From assembly GCF_006345805.1 (NCBI RefSeq), contig NC_042998.1, forward strand, positions 42,780,001-42,844,000: a stretch of 64,000 nucleotides of DNA, written 5' to 3'. The stretch is from Octopus sinensis. Lineage: Eukaryota. The position numbers and the translations under genes were made by a program. Of the stretch, positions 23,613-35,448 are shown piece by piece. Position 1 is the first letter of the stretch. Each line of letters starts with the position of its first letter. The notes beneath the pieces were generated by a model, which worked only from the letters and a program-made list of their open reading frames with translations, was not told the origin of the DNA and did not search any database.

Positions 23613-24600
23613 AAGCTAAGTTCCCGCCGTTGTTTTTTTAATTTTGGAATTTATTGCATTTTTAAATTTCGGAATCTATTTTTTTGAGAATTCCATTTTT
23701 GAATAATTTTGGAATCTATTCTGATTTTTTTTCTAGTTAATTTTCATTTATTTTCAGATTATTAAAATGGAATGTCAAGTTAAGAAAAACGAGCATTTTC
23801 AACACCTCCTTGTTTTTCCTTTTAATCAAGGTTCCAAGGCTGCAAAAGCTGCTTACGACATTTGTGCTGTGTACGGAAAGGGTGCCATAGCTGAAAGAAC
23901 TGCTCGTGACTGGTATGCCAAGTTCAAAAATGGAAATTTTGATCTCAAAGATACACTTCATTCTGGCCGTCCACTTGAGTTCAATGAAGAACGATTAAAC
24001 CAACTTTTGCATGAAAATTCTTGTCAAATGACAAGGGAACTGGCAGAGAAAATGGAATGCTCCCACACTGCTATAGAGAAGCATCTTCATTCGATGTGAA
24101 AGGTTCAGAAGTATGGAGCATGGGTTCCACATGCTTTAAGTGACAACAAAAAAAATCAACAAGCCACAATCTCCACTGGTTTGCTTGCTCCTCACCACTC
24201 AACTCATGGACACAAGCAACAATTTCTTTACTGAATCATTACTGGCGACAAAAAATGGTGTCTGTACATCAACATTAAGCAGCGTAAGGAATGGTTTAGC
24301 CATGGTAAACAAGTGACACTGTGCGTGAAACAAGATCTTCATCTGCGTAAAACGGTGTTGTGCGTATGGTGGGACTGGGAAGGGATTATCCATTACGAAT
24401 TGCTTGCCACACCTGCTGTAGTCTCCTGATTTGGCACCAACGGATTTACACGTCTTTTGATATATTTCAAATGCAATACATGGAGTTTTGCTCTATACTG
24501 ATGCAGAATTGAGAGCTTGGTTGGATCAATTTTTTGAGTTGAAATCGGGTGATTTCTAAAAATCTAAAAAAACGGTGGGAACTTAGTTGCCAACCTAATA
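23613..24600 (+). mobile_element. Internally deleted mariner transposon
   Basis: ORF 23767-24099 MECQVKKNEHFQHLL...WYAKFKNGNFDLKD...SGRP...TRELAEKMECSH, continuing past a stop as WVPHAL, IITGDKKW, VWWDWEGIIHYELL. Right TIR rev-comp TATTAGGTTGGCAACTAAGTTCCC; partial left TIR CTAAGTTCCCGCCG. Confidence 0.92.
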
Positions 24601-24799
24601 TATATATGATTTATATATATATGCATATATATATATATATATGCATTTGTATATCATCATCATCATCATCATCGTTTAGCATCCGTTTTCCATGCTAGCA
24701 TGGGTTGGACGGTTCAACTGGGGTCTGTGAAGCCGGAAGGCTTCATCAGGCCTAGTCAGATCTGGCAGTGTTTCTACGGCTGGATGCCCTTCCTAACGC

Positions 24800-25295
24800 C
24801 AATATATATATATATATATGCATATTTATATATTCATTAACAAATATGTATATGTTTATACATATGCATATATATATATGCATATATATATGTGTGTATA
24901 TATATATATATATGCATATATATATATATATATGCATATATATGCATATATATATATGCATATATATATGTGTATATATATATGCATATATATATGTGTA
25001 TATATATATATGCATATATATATGTGTATATATATGCATATATATGTGTATATATATATAAATGCATATATACGTATATATGCATATATATATATATATG
25101 CATATATACATATATATATGCATATATATATATATATTCATATATAAACATATATATGCATATATACATATTCATATATATATACATATGCATATATATG
25201 TATATGCATATATAAATATATATATGCATATGTATGTATATGTATATATATATATATACACACATATATATATATGCATATAAATATGCATATAC
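24800..25295. repeat. About 500-bp compound (TA)n/(TATGCA)n microsatellite
   Basis: Almost uninterrupted alternating purine-pyrimidine tract; source of the spurious Y/I/M/C/H-rich ORFs. Confidence 0.95.
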
Positions 25296-25764
25296 CAGAG
25301 GCAATGACAAAAGACCGAGACCTCTGAAGACATGCTGTGACTGCAAAGACCCAACAAATAAAGTGAATTCATGGCTGAATCCTACACCAGCTTCACACAA
25401 CCAGCCCCAGCCCATTCAAAGTACTTTGGATCATGGGGTGACCTGCTGTGATTGAGGAGACATATTTAGTCAGTTATATCAACATCAAAATAAAAATATC
25501 AAATAGAAATTGTAGTTGTGATATCCATGCCAGTGGCACGTAAAATGCATCATCTGAACATGGCCAATGCGTGCCATCTTGGATGGTTCCTGTGCCAGTG
25601 GTACGTAAAAAGTACCCACTACACTCATGGAGTGGTTGGTGTAAAGAAGGGCATCCAGTTGTAGAAACACTGCCAGATCACACTGGAGCCTGGTGCATTC
25701 TCCTGGCTTCCCAGACCCTGGTCGAACCATCCAACCCATGCTAGCATGGAAAACAGATGATTAA

Positions 25765-25962
25765 CCCTTTTGTTACCAACCTGGCTCTGTAGTACAAATG
25801 TCTTGTTTTCATAAGTTTTGAATTAAAATCCTCCACCATTTACAATTTATGTTCCTAACACTAGCTTAATGATAACTAAGACATTTTACTAAATTCTTTG
25901 TTATATTTAAAATTATTGAAAGAAACACAGAGCATCTCAAAAGAAATACAGTAATGAAAGAG
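25765..25962. mobile_element. piggyBac-like MITE
   Basis: TTAA TSDs at 25761-25764 and 25963-25966; TIRs CCCTTTTGTTAC / rev-comp CTCTTTCATTAC. Confidence 0.7.
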
Positions 25963-26292
25963 TTAAACGATGATGATGAAGATGATTTGTATGCATATAT
26001 ATCTATATACACATATATATGTGCATATATCCGGCCATCGGAAAAAATGCTATGGAAATGACCATTAAACAAAGGGAAATTACTGTGTGATTGACCGTTA
26101 TTAAGGCAAAAGAGCTATTTGAATGACTGCTAAGTGAGGGGAGGGAGTAAAAGTAAAGGGGTAAAAATGTACATAGTATTCATGTAAGCACGCATGTCCA
26201 TACCTACACATGCACATACGTGCACCTATAAGTATACACTCATCCACCCTCACGTGAAACATACACATTCTCACCCACACAATTTGTAAAAA

Positions 26293-26337
<45 letters not shown>

Positions 26338-26619
26338 ATCCCACACACACATGCACACCAAAAAGTTTCATATACATGTCTATATACGCACAAGTACAAG
26401 AAAAAAACAGGGCTGAGGGCAACAATACAAGAAGTGTAAAGAAGTATTAAAAAAATAAGCAATAAGAGTATAACACGTCTATATACGCACATTTCCATAT
26501 GCACACACACACACACACACATATACATGTCGACATATGTGCATACCTGCACACATCTATATATGCACACACACGCGTACACAAAAAAGTTCATATAGAC
26601 GTGTGTATGAACGAAGAAA

Positions 26620-28045
26620 CATAAGGATAGAAATGGACAGAGCCTAGGTTGGATGTAAATTTTACCTAAATGGTACCTGCTGGCATGGAGAAACAGGAAA
26701 GGGCTGCAGCTTTGCACATCCCAAAACTTACCAAACTTATGAGAAAAACAAGCAAGGAAACTTGAAACAAAATCAGAAAAAATATAGAGGGAAATCATCA
26801 AACATGGATCTGCAGAAAAATACTGCACCAGCTGGAAGAAACCCCCCTGAAAAGAGCAAGAAAAGAGATCACCACATGCATTCTGCACCCCTCAAAAGGC
26901 AATATGCAGAGGCTGTATGAACTGCAGCAATCGAACAAGTCTTTTTTGAACATGGCCCAGAAGATAGTACAGCAGCTGACATGGATGCATAGGATGCAAA
27001 CTCAAAGCCATGCATTCCAATGCATGAAACCGTGAGAGGCCCAGGATGCCACCACTAACACCTACCCCAATATCGCACCCATATTCCTACTGAATATTGG
27101 GGGTTTGCTACAACTCAGCAGCAGAGGTAAAATTCTCTATCTAAAAACACTTGCTACATGCAATCAAGCAATATGTATGGCACTCACTGAAACGCATCTA
27201 GTTCTTGATGTAACAGATGTGGTAGTGCACATGCCAGGGTACGCTGTATTTCGTACAGACAGAAGATAAAAAAGCCAAGGTGGAGCTGCTATGTACATCT
27301 GTGAAGACATCATACCTCTTGTATCACTGTCACATTCAAACTCAGTTTGTGACACCTTAATAATACATGTAAAGCAAGCTGATGTAGCTATATGCACAAT
27401 ATATCGTTCGCCAAATACCACAAAATATGATAGAAAATTTGAGGATAGCTTCAAACACATTAAAGAGGTATTAACAAACCTAGATTCCTGGGTGATTTCA
27501 ACAACCCATATGTCAAATGGTCAGAAGGCCACATCCTCTCTGGGATGTCACTGCATGAACAAAAGCATGTACAGTCATTATTTGAACTTACTAATAAGCT
27601 GTCCATGGAGCATGTGATACTCAGGCCAACCAGGGGGAAACAACATATTGGACCTATGCTTCACAAATAAAGGGAAGGTTACACCAATGGCATTCTCAGA
27701 CCACAACATTGTTGAACTAACTATGTATGGTCCTGTGCAAACTGCTGGTATCTATCCTATCAGAACTTGAGTCTTATCCAACCTGAATTTCCATAAAGCG
27801 AAGTGGGAATTGATCTGCAAAGAGATAAATCCTCAAACAAAACTGGTTCAACATTCTGTGTATGCAAGACATTGATCTGTCAATAGTGCAAGCTATATGC
27901 ACTAAATATGTCCCAGAAAGAAAGGCCAGCACACTGTCAAACAAGATTCCCAGGGACAAAAAAATCTTTCCCAAAGTTTCCTTGCAAGTGGTATACTTCC
28001 TAAAAAGCTAAAAGAAGGTATTATATGTCCTATCCACAAAAGTGG
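26620..28045 (+). mobile_element. Decayed CR1/L2-group LINE: ORF1 zinc finger, APE endonuclease, start of RT
   Basis: GCKFYLNGTCWHGETGKGCSFAHP (26651-26722); GGAAMYICEDI...VAICTIYRSPN; NILDLCFTN...FSDHNIV; SGILPKKLKEGIICPIHKSG. Confidence 0.8.
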
Positions 28046-28122
28046 ATATATGTGTGTGTACATATATAGATATATACCTATGTATGCACATATATAGATA
28101 TATACATATGTATGTGTGTGTG

Positions 28123-28165
<43 letters not shown>

Positions 28166-29284
28166 TGCCAGATCTGACTGGGCCTGATGAAGCCTTCCAG
28201 CTTCACAGACCCCAGTTGAACCGTCCAACCCATGCTAGCATGGAGAACGGACGCTAAATGATGATGATGATGATATATATATATGCATATATATATGTAT
28301 GTGTGTATATATATGTGTGTGTGTGTGCGTATATGTGTGTGTATATATATATGTGTGTGTGTGTATATATATATCAAAATAAGCAAAGAAGGATATCCAG
28401 AGGTAATGCAGTATGATCGTTTCACGCAACTCCATATAATTGAGCAATGCAATCATTACATCAATTTAAAATGTAGAGCAATCTTTTACTGCACAAAGAC
28501 ATAGAATTGAATTAAATTAGAACAGATGGACACATTAGTATAATTACACCTAAGATCTCCAAGAAGATTCTGGTGCCTCAACTTAAGTACCATATTCATC
28601 TGAATCTATATATATAAGAAATGTACGTATATATCTGTGATTTTGTGTTTGTCCCTCCTCACATTGACTGAGAACCAGAGTTGGTTTGCTTATACCCCAA
28701 TCACTTAGTGATTTCACAAAAGAGACAAACAGAATAAGTATGAGGGTCAAAAATAAGTACTGGGGTTCAATTATTTGACTGAGCCCTTCATGGCAATACC
28801 TCAGCATGGCTGCAGTCCAAACAATGAAAGAAATTTAAAAAAAACAAATAAGTAAAAAGCTATTGCTTGCTATTTTCCCCCATGTGTTCTTTCAGCTGTA
28901 CATGCCATTTTATTCAGTACACTCATGGTTTAACTACAGGTATCGTATTACCATATAAAGATGTAGCATTTATACTAACACAGATGATTAAGAATAATAA
29001 GCAAATCAATTAACTGTGATCTCATCGAATAACTCACAAAAGGAAATAAAGATATTTGATAAGAAAAATTAACATCCTTCTAATTTTCATTAGGTTACAT
29101 AACATAAGTAGCTCATCACCAAGTTCTTATTAGAATTAATAACGTGGCAAACACAACTACAAAAAGAAAAAAATGTAGTTGAATTCAATAGTGAGCAAAC
29201 GTAGCACACAACATACCCTTATCATGAAATGAATGCCAAAAGTAGTTGGGCTATACTATAAGACAGGATTTTAATCATCTACAG

Positions 29285-29359
29285 GCTGATAATATGAAGG
29301 AAATACTACTACAATCTTTTGATATGAATGTTCTTAAAACATTTCTCAGATTATTACAG
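29285..29359 (+). CDS. Internal coding exon of an unidentified gene (ADNMKEILLQSFDMNVLKTFLRLLQ)
   Basis: ttttaatcatctacag acceptor, consensus CAG|gtaagc donor, 75 nt, phase 0/0, helical-looking peptide, non-repetitive sequence. Confidence 0.65.
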
Positions 29360-31202
29360 GTAAGCACAAATAGATCTTTTCAGTAGCAATATTTAAGAGG
29401 TCTGTGTTCACTTCTTCAAGTCATACACCCACACACACTCACATGTACATGTGCATATATGTATATAAAACGATGCACATACACATGCACACACACACAC
29501 ACCACCATGACCACCCCACCACCACCACCATCATCATCAACAACTTCATTTTTACATCTGCTTTCTATGCTAACATGTGTTAAACATTTTGACTGGATTC
29601 ATAGGTTGGAAAAGTACAACAGTGTCTCAGTTTTGGCATAGTTTCAATGACTGGATGCCCTACCTATTGCTGACCATTTTACAGAAAGCACTGGTCGTAT
29701 TATTTTTTTTTTTCACTTGTGAGGTTGTCTTGTAACTCACAAGATGAAAAAGCCCCCTCAGCTGTAAGAAGGATAGGAGGATAGGAGACAGGTCACTTTA
29801 TGCAAGGTGTTAAAATGTTAAAATATGATTGGAGGAGCAGACACATTTCTATTGTTGTGGAGGGGATTCATGGCTATTTTGTATTTTACGTAGGTGGATG
29901 GTAGTGGCTGCAGTGGTGCCAGAAAGGGAGAAAATTATGGTGATTTTGAGACATCAGAATATACTCTAAGGCCATTGTCCAAGAAGATGAACAGAAAGGA
30001 GCATGGAGGCAAAAGAATTGGGAATGGAAGGGTGGATAAGGTTCAAGAGTGAGGAATAGACAGAATACAGGAATGGTAATATAATATCGTATGTAGTAAC
30101 AGATTTTGCTTTCATTACTTACAGCAGCAGAATAATACAGTTGATAGAAGAGTGATGGAGGGATAGACAGATGAGAAGTGGGGATAAGACTGCAAGAGTA
30201 TGAGGAGGCAGGTGACATATGGATTTAAACAAAAATGGGATGAATAATGGTAAATATGATGGTGAAAATGAGTAGGGTATGGCAATAGTAAGAATGAAGG
30301 GTGTATGTCAATCAGAAGTGGTTCAGAGGAGGGACCTAGTTGTCTGTGTAGGGGGAAAGAGGAGCAAGCAACAGTTGTAAATGTGGATATTAAGAGAGGG
30401 CCCCAGTTATGTGTATATTGTGTGTATACCCATTATGCTTCCAGAATCTCAGCTGCTTGCATAAATAGTGTACATGAGCCCAACACCCTAATGTCTAGGC
30501 CATGTGTGTACAAATCTAAAAGGTCTTCCCCATCTTACATTATCTCCACTCATTCACCAACCACTTTACTAAATGCACTGGGTGCATTTTATTGTGGTTC
30601 TAGCTCTAGTGAGGTTGCCTTGTACTCTGTAAAACTAAAAATTCTTCACTATTTAAGCAGTGCATCTGTACGGCAAAGTAACTGTATAAAGATCACACAC
30701 ACACACACTCATAATATTTTCGGTTTGATTTCTGGACCAGACAGGTAGGCAGTCTGTCATGTCCTTGAGCAAGGTGCTTCATTTCATACCGCTCCAGTCT
30801 ATTCAGCTGAAAGTAAGCACAAGCCTAGTCCTAGTGCAGCACTTTCTTCTTCCAGTTGTCACATTCTTGATTACTGATTGGTTTAAGGTTGGGAGAGTCT
30901 GTGCTAACTCATGACTACATAGGCACTTAAAGCAATTAGCAATAGCATGGTACATGCTTTCAGGTTATATTTATTTGTAGAAACCATGCCAAATCAGACT
31001 GGAGTCTGGTGCAGCTCTCTGGCTTGCCAGCTCTAGTCAAGCCATCCAACTCATGCCATCATGGACAACAGACATTAATTGATGATCATGATGATGATTA
31101 TATATACATATATATATATATACCTATACATATATATTAATATGCATACAAACATGCATACATATATGCACACACATACACACACACATACACACACACA
31201 TA

Positions 31203-31247
<45 letters not shown>

Positions 31248-31251
<4 letters not shown>

Positions 31252-32015
31252 GTGTATAAAGATTTATACACAGAGAGAAAACCCTTGATAGGACTTCTTA
31301 CATACTAAAATGGGCAGTTAAACGTAGACCATGAAAAAATTATTTTGAATGCATGCTGTTAAATGGCACTAGAATGAACAAAATAAAAAATTAGTTAACC
31401 CCATACTCGAGTTTTGCTATTAATGACCAAAATAAATTAATTTGGCATCTGTAGTTCTTCTTTATGGGATTGCTAAAGAATGTATAATTATGTAGCATTA
31501 ATATGTACCAAAAACATGTGTGCAAGACAGCTCCATCTTTATACATTCCAATTCTGAGGCCATATTAGCAACAAAGATGAGGACATGTTAACAACAAACA
31601 AGATGAGGACAAATATCCGTCAAATGTAAATAATGTAAATAATGTATATAGTTCACAGTTTAAATTTATTTATTGCTGGGCTATCTAACTATGCTAGCAC
31701 ACTAAATTTGAATCTATAATGTATAAAGATGGAGCTGTCTTGTGCATGTGTTTTGGTACGTATTAAAAGCTACATAATTGTGCATTCTTTAGTGATCCCA
31801 CTGAAGAAGTACAAATGCCAAATTAATTTATTTTGGTCATTAATAGCGAAACTCAAGTAGAGGATTAACTAATTTTTTTTATTTTGTTCATTCTAGTGCC
31901 ATTTAACAGCGTGCCTTAAGAATTATTTTTTCATGGTTTAGGTTTAACTGCCCTTTTTAGCATGTAAGAAGTCCTGTTAAGGGTCTTCTCTGTGTATAAA
32001 TCTTTATACACTCTT
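31248..32015. mobile_element. Foldback/MITE-like element with about 300-bp inverted arms
   Basis: Arms 31248-31546 and 31718-32015 are clearly reverse-complementary with scattered mismatches, flanked by TA-rich sequence. The spacer contains the repeat also seen at 41236-41287. Confidence 0.85.
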
Positions 32016-32489
32016 ATATATAAAAATATGTTATGACTTTTATTAAGGATGCGAACCACTGGTAATAAATTATTTTAATTTTTTACCCTCATAATTTACA
32101 CACATATATACACATACAAACATATACACAAACACATGCATGCGCGTGTACACACACACACACACATTGTTTGCACAGTTAGATGTACAACTACTACTCT
32201 AAGTGTTGTATGTAGATTATCATTAACCAGTCAGCTTAAGTATAGCAGTTGATCTACCACTGTATTTAGCAGTGTTACTAATTATGATATACAGAGTATA
32301 TGTAGGGGAGAATTAAGATAAACACAAACTTGTACTTAATATTAGTTCCTACATACATTTCATCATTGCAGTTAATTGGAACTCATCGTTGGATGTTCAA
32401 AGTGCATTCATACGTCTAACCACAAATTATCATCAGGGGAACACTTTATTGCATTCTGTTACAGAAATCTGACACACACACAAATATAT

Positions 32490-33015
32490 CTATGTGCAAA
32501 ACAGTGAAAAGAAAATGTGAATTAGTACCTGAATGTGCAAAGGTCTTGCTGAAAAAACTTGTAGAAAATTGTGAAAGAATTAAAAAGAGGAAAAAAATTT
32601 TTTTATTTTTATGAGACATGTCTCTTATATCAAAATCTGTGGAAAAAGAACTTTGAACATGCAGAAGATTGTATTTATTTTCTGGAAATATTTTGGTGTT
32701 GTGTTAAGCAGTTTGCAATTAAGCATAGGAAACAAGTAGCAAACATCGATCAATTATTTGATGAGGTCGTTATAGCAAAGAGCTTTTTGCTTTCTAAGGC
32801 ATAAATTTGAGTTTACACTAGACTTAAACTTTGAGGAAAAGTGGCATATTTGCTCATTGTAAGGCAAAGCACATGCTAATATAAACAAAATCTGTCTTCT
32901 TGGTACTTCTGTATAGGTTGAAGGAGTGTTTTCTTTAATGATATTATATGTGGTCAGTAAATGTGGGAAATATAGTAGAAGCTGCAGTTGGGGTCTTCTC
33001 ACGATTAAAATAAAC
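32490..33015 (+). mobile_element. Decayed hAT-like transposase C-terminal region
   Basis: VANIDQLFDEVVIAKSFL...EEKW...CLLGTSV*VEGVFSLM...LLTIKIN resembles the hAT dimerisation motif LPxTSAxVERxFS. Confidence 0.55.
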
Positions 33016-33034
33016 ATCTCAATCAAAATCAAAT

Positions 33035-33580
33035 TTGATGACTGGCATCTGTGCTAGCGGGGTGCAAAGAGCACCATACGAGTGTGGTCGTTGACAGAGT
33101 GGCTAACCGGCTTCTATGCCAGTGGCACATAAAAGGCACCATTCGAGTGTGATCATTACCAGCGTCACCTTACTGGCACTTGTGCCCGTGCTTGTAGGGT
33201 GCCAAGAGCACCATCCAAGCATGATCATTGCCAGAGCGGCTAACTGGCTTCCGTGCCGGTGGCATGTAAAAGGGCACCATTCAAGCGTGATCATTACAAG
33301 CATTGCCTTACTGGCACCTGTGCCGGTGGCATGTGTAAAAAGATTCAAGCGAGGTCATTGCCAGTACCGCCTGACTGGCCCCCGTGCCGGTGACATGCAA
33401 AAAGCACCCACTACACTCTCAGAGTGGTTGGCATTAGGAAGGGCATCCATCAGTAGAAACTCTGCCAGATCAAGATTGGAGCCTGGTGCAGCCATCTGGT
33501 TTGCCAGCCCTCAGTCAAAATCGTCCAACCCATGCCAGGATGGAAAGCGGACGTTAAACGGTGATGATGATGATGATCTC
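33035..33580 (+). mobile_element. RTE 3'UTR-type repeat with internal degenerate repeats and (GAT)n tail
   Basis: GGCACCATTCGAGTGTGATC...TTACTGGCAC units, GGCATTAGGAAGGGCATCC, GGACGTTAAAC-GATGATGAT. Near-identical copy at 59190-59640. Confidence 0.85.
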
Positions 33581-34891
33581 ACTAAACTGCACAGAATGCT
33601 ATGACAAAATTTAAATTAACAATGAGTTTCTTAGGAAAATAGCTTGAAGCAAAAAATATGAAACTGCTGGCAACTGAATAAAACATTACTTGACAATAAA
33701 AATATGTGTTTAGTGAATTTATTTTTAAATGCCACTACTACTCTACTTGACTATATTTCACATGGTTGTGCTGCCATGTAAAGAACAGCTACTCTGTACA
33801 GTTATTTCTCTCTCCACCCCTCTCTCTTTGACCCTTACTCTCACTTTTAGCCGTTTACTTGATAAAGACGAATCATACGTCTTGCCAGGGCACACATCTC
33901 TTCTGCATTTGCCATGAAATACCCTAATATAAGAAGAAAATATACAATCACATTAATATATTTTCCAGGTCCTCCATTCTCCTTTAACACCGAATACACA
34001 TACAGTGGCTCTTCAGAACTTGTGTGATAGTCCCCCTGGTCCAGGTTTCCACTCCCTTGGTCCCAGTTCCAACTCCTCAGTTTCTGTTTTCACTACACAC
34101 TGATTCTGGTTTCACAGCTGAAAGTCATGGAAAATCTACAATTATATAATATCATATATATGGGGAAGCCATGTATTCACCTTTTCAGCAAGATACCTGC
34201 TCTTGTCTCCCTATTTTACTTTCATATCCCTCAATATTATACCCCACTCACTTGTGGGGGTCTTGTACGTACTTGATGACCTCACTTGTGCTTGTGCCAT
34301 GAAAAAAAAGCACCCAGTATATTCAGTGAAACAGTTGGCATTTGGAAGTGCATCAAGCTATAGACACCATACCAAAGCAGACAATGGCACATAGCACACA
34401 GCACAGCCTTCTATCTCATCAGATCATTTCACTGTTCAACCTACATCAGCATGGGAAAAGGGGATGTTAAACAATGATGATGATGGTGATATATACATAT
34501 GTATATACACAAAATAAATAACAGAAGAATGGAGTTTCAATGTGTGACAACTGTTTTGCTAAAAATCGTTTTTCATGCAATCATAACAGATTACATCATA
34601 ATTTATATGGACTAAATTAAATAGAGATTTCCATTGAAACAATTGTCATAGATTTAAACTTCCTTCATCTGTTATTCATTATATTTGTGTCACACCAACA
34701 GTTCCCCTATTAACAGCATCATTGGTAACTAAGTAGAATTGAGAACTACCCAAAAACAGTATCCATTTTTTAATAATTGGTATGTGCAATGATGGATTAT
34801 TTCACTGTCTGCTCTGCTTGATCTTTCCAGCCAATCAGTGACATTCAACATATTAATATGCCTTGATTCTTATTGAATCCTTTCAACTGGA

Positions 34892-34922
<31 letters not shown>

Positions 34923-35292
34923 CATGCATGCATACATACATACATACATGCATGCATGCATGCATACATGCATGCATGCATATGGACAGATATAGAGATA
35001 GATAGATAAATAGATAGACAGGTAAAGAGAGAGTAGGGGAGAGAGGGGAGGGAGAGAAAGAGAGAGAGAGTACATAATATAAAAAATTTTATCTAATGAC
35101 ATAATGTAATAGGTATGTACTATAAGTGCTTGGGTTGGTTTATCATTAAAATTCCAGTTTGAACTGCAACTAAAACCATAGTGGTGTTTTAGCTGCCTAT
35201 GAAAGATGGCTATAAGTGGTTCATCATTGAGTGGGTAAATATATATTAGGAAGAGAGAATGAACAAGCAAAAGATGTGGTATTACTTTAGAG

Positions 35293-35448
35293 CAGCGCTT
35301 CTTAAACTATGGGTCGCAAAAATTAAATTCAAACACTTGAATTTTAGTTTATATGTTATTTCACAAATGCATATTTAATACCTGGGGTTGCAAAAACTCA
35401 TGATGAAAAATGGGGTCAAATGGGATGAAAAAAGTTTTAAAAGTGCTT
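35293..35448. mobile_element. hAT (Charlie-like) MITE
   Basis: 8-bp TSD CTTTAGAG / CTTTAGTG; TIR-like ends CAGCGCTTCTTAAACT ... AGTTTTAAAAGTGCTT. Confidence 0.7.

Noticed and set aside
24725-24755. CTGATGA-agcc-ttcc-ggct in RTE-type repeats (also at 28183)
   Set aside because: A simple hairpin (tgaagcc/ggcttca) not followed by GAAA, so not a hammerhead.
24752-25455. Many ORFs rich in Y/I/H/T/C/V/M (also at 4369-4768, 11528-12218, 28042-28504, 50283-50726, 54441-54920)
   Set aside because: Translations of TA/CA/TG microsatellites.
32499-32804. Host exon(s) CELVPECAKVLLKKL... / ORF 32571-32804
   Set aside because: Better explained as a frameshifted hAT transposase remnant.
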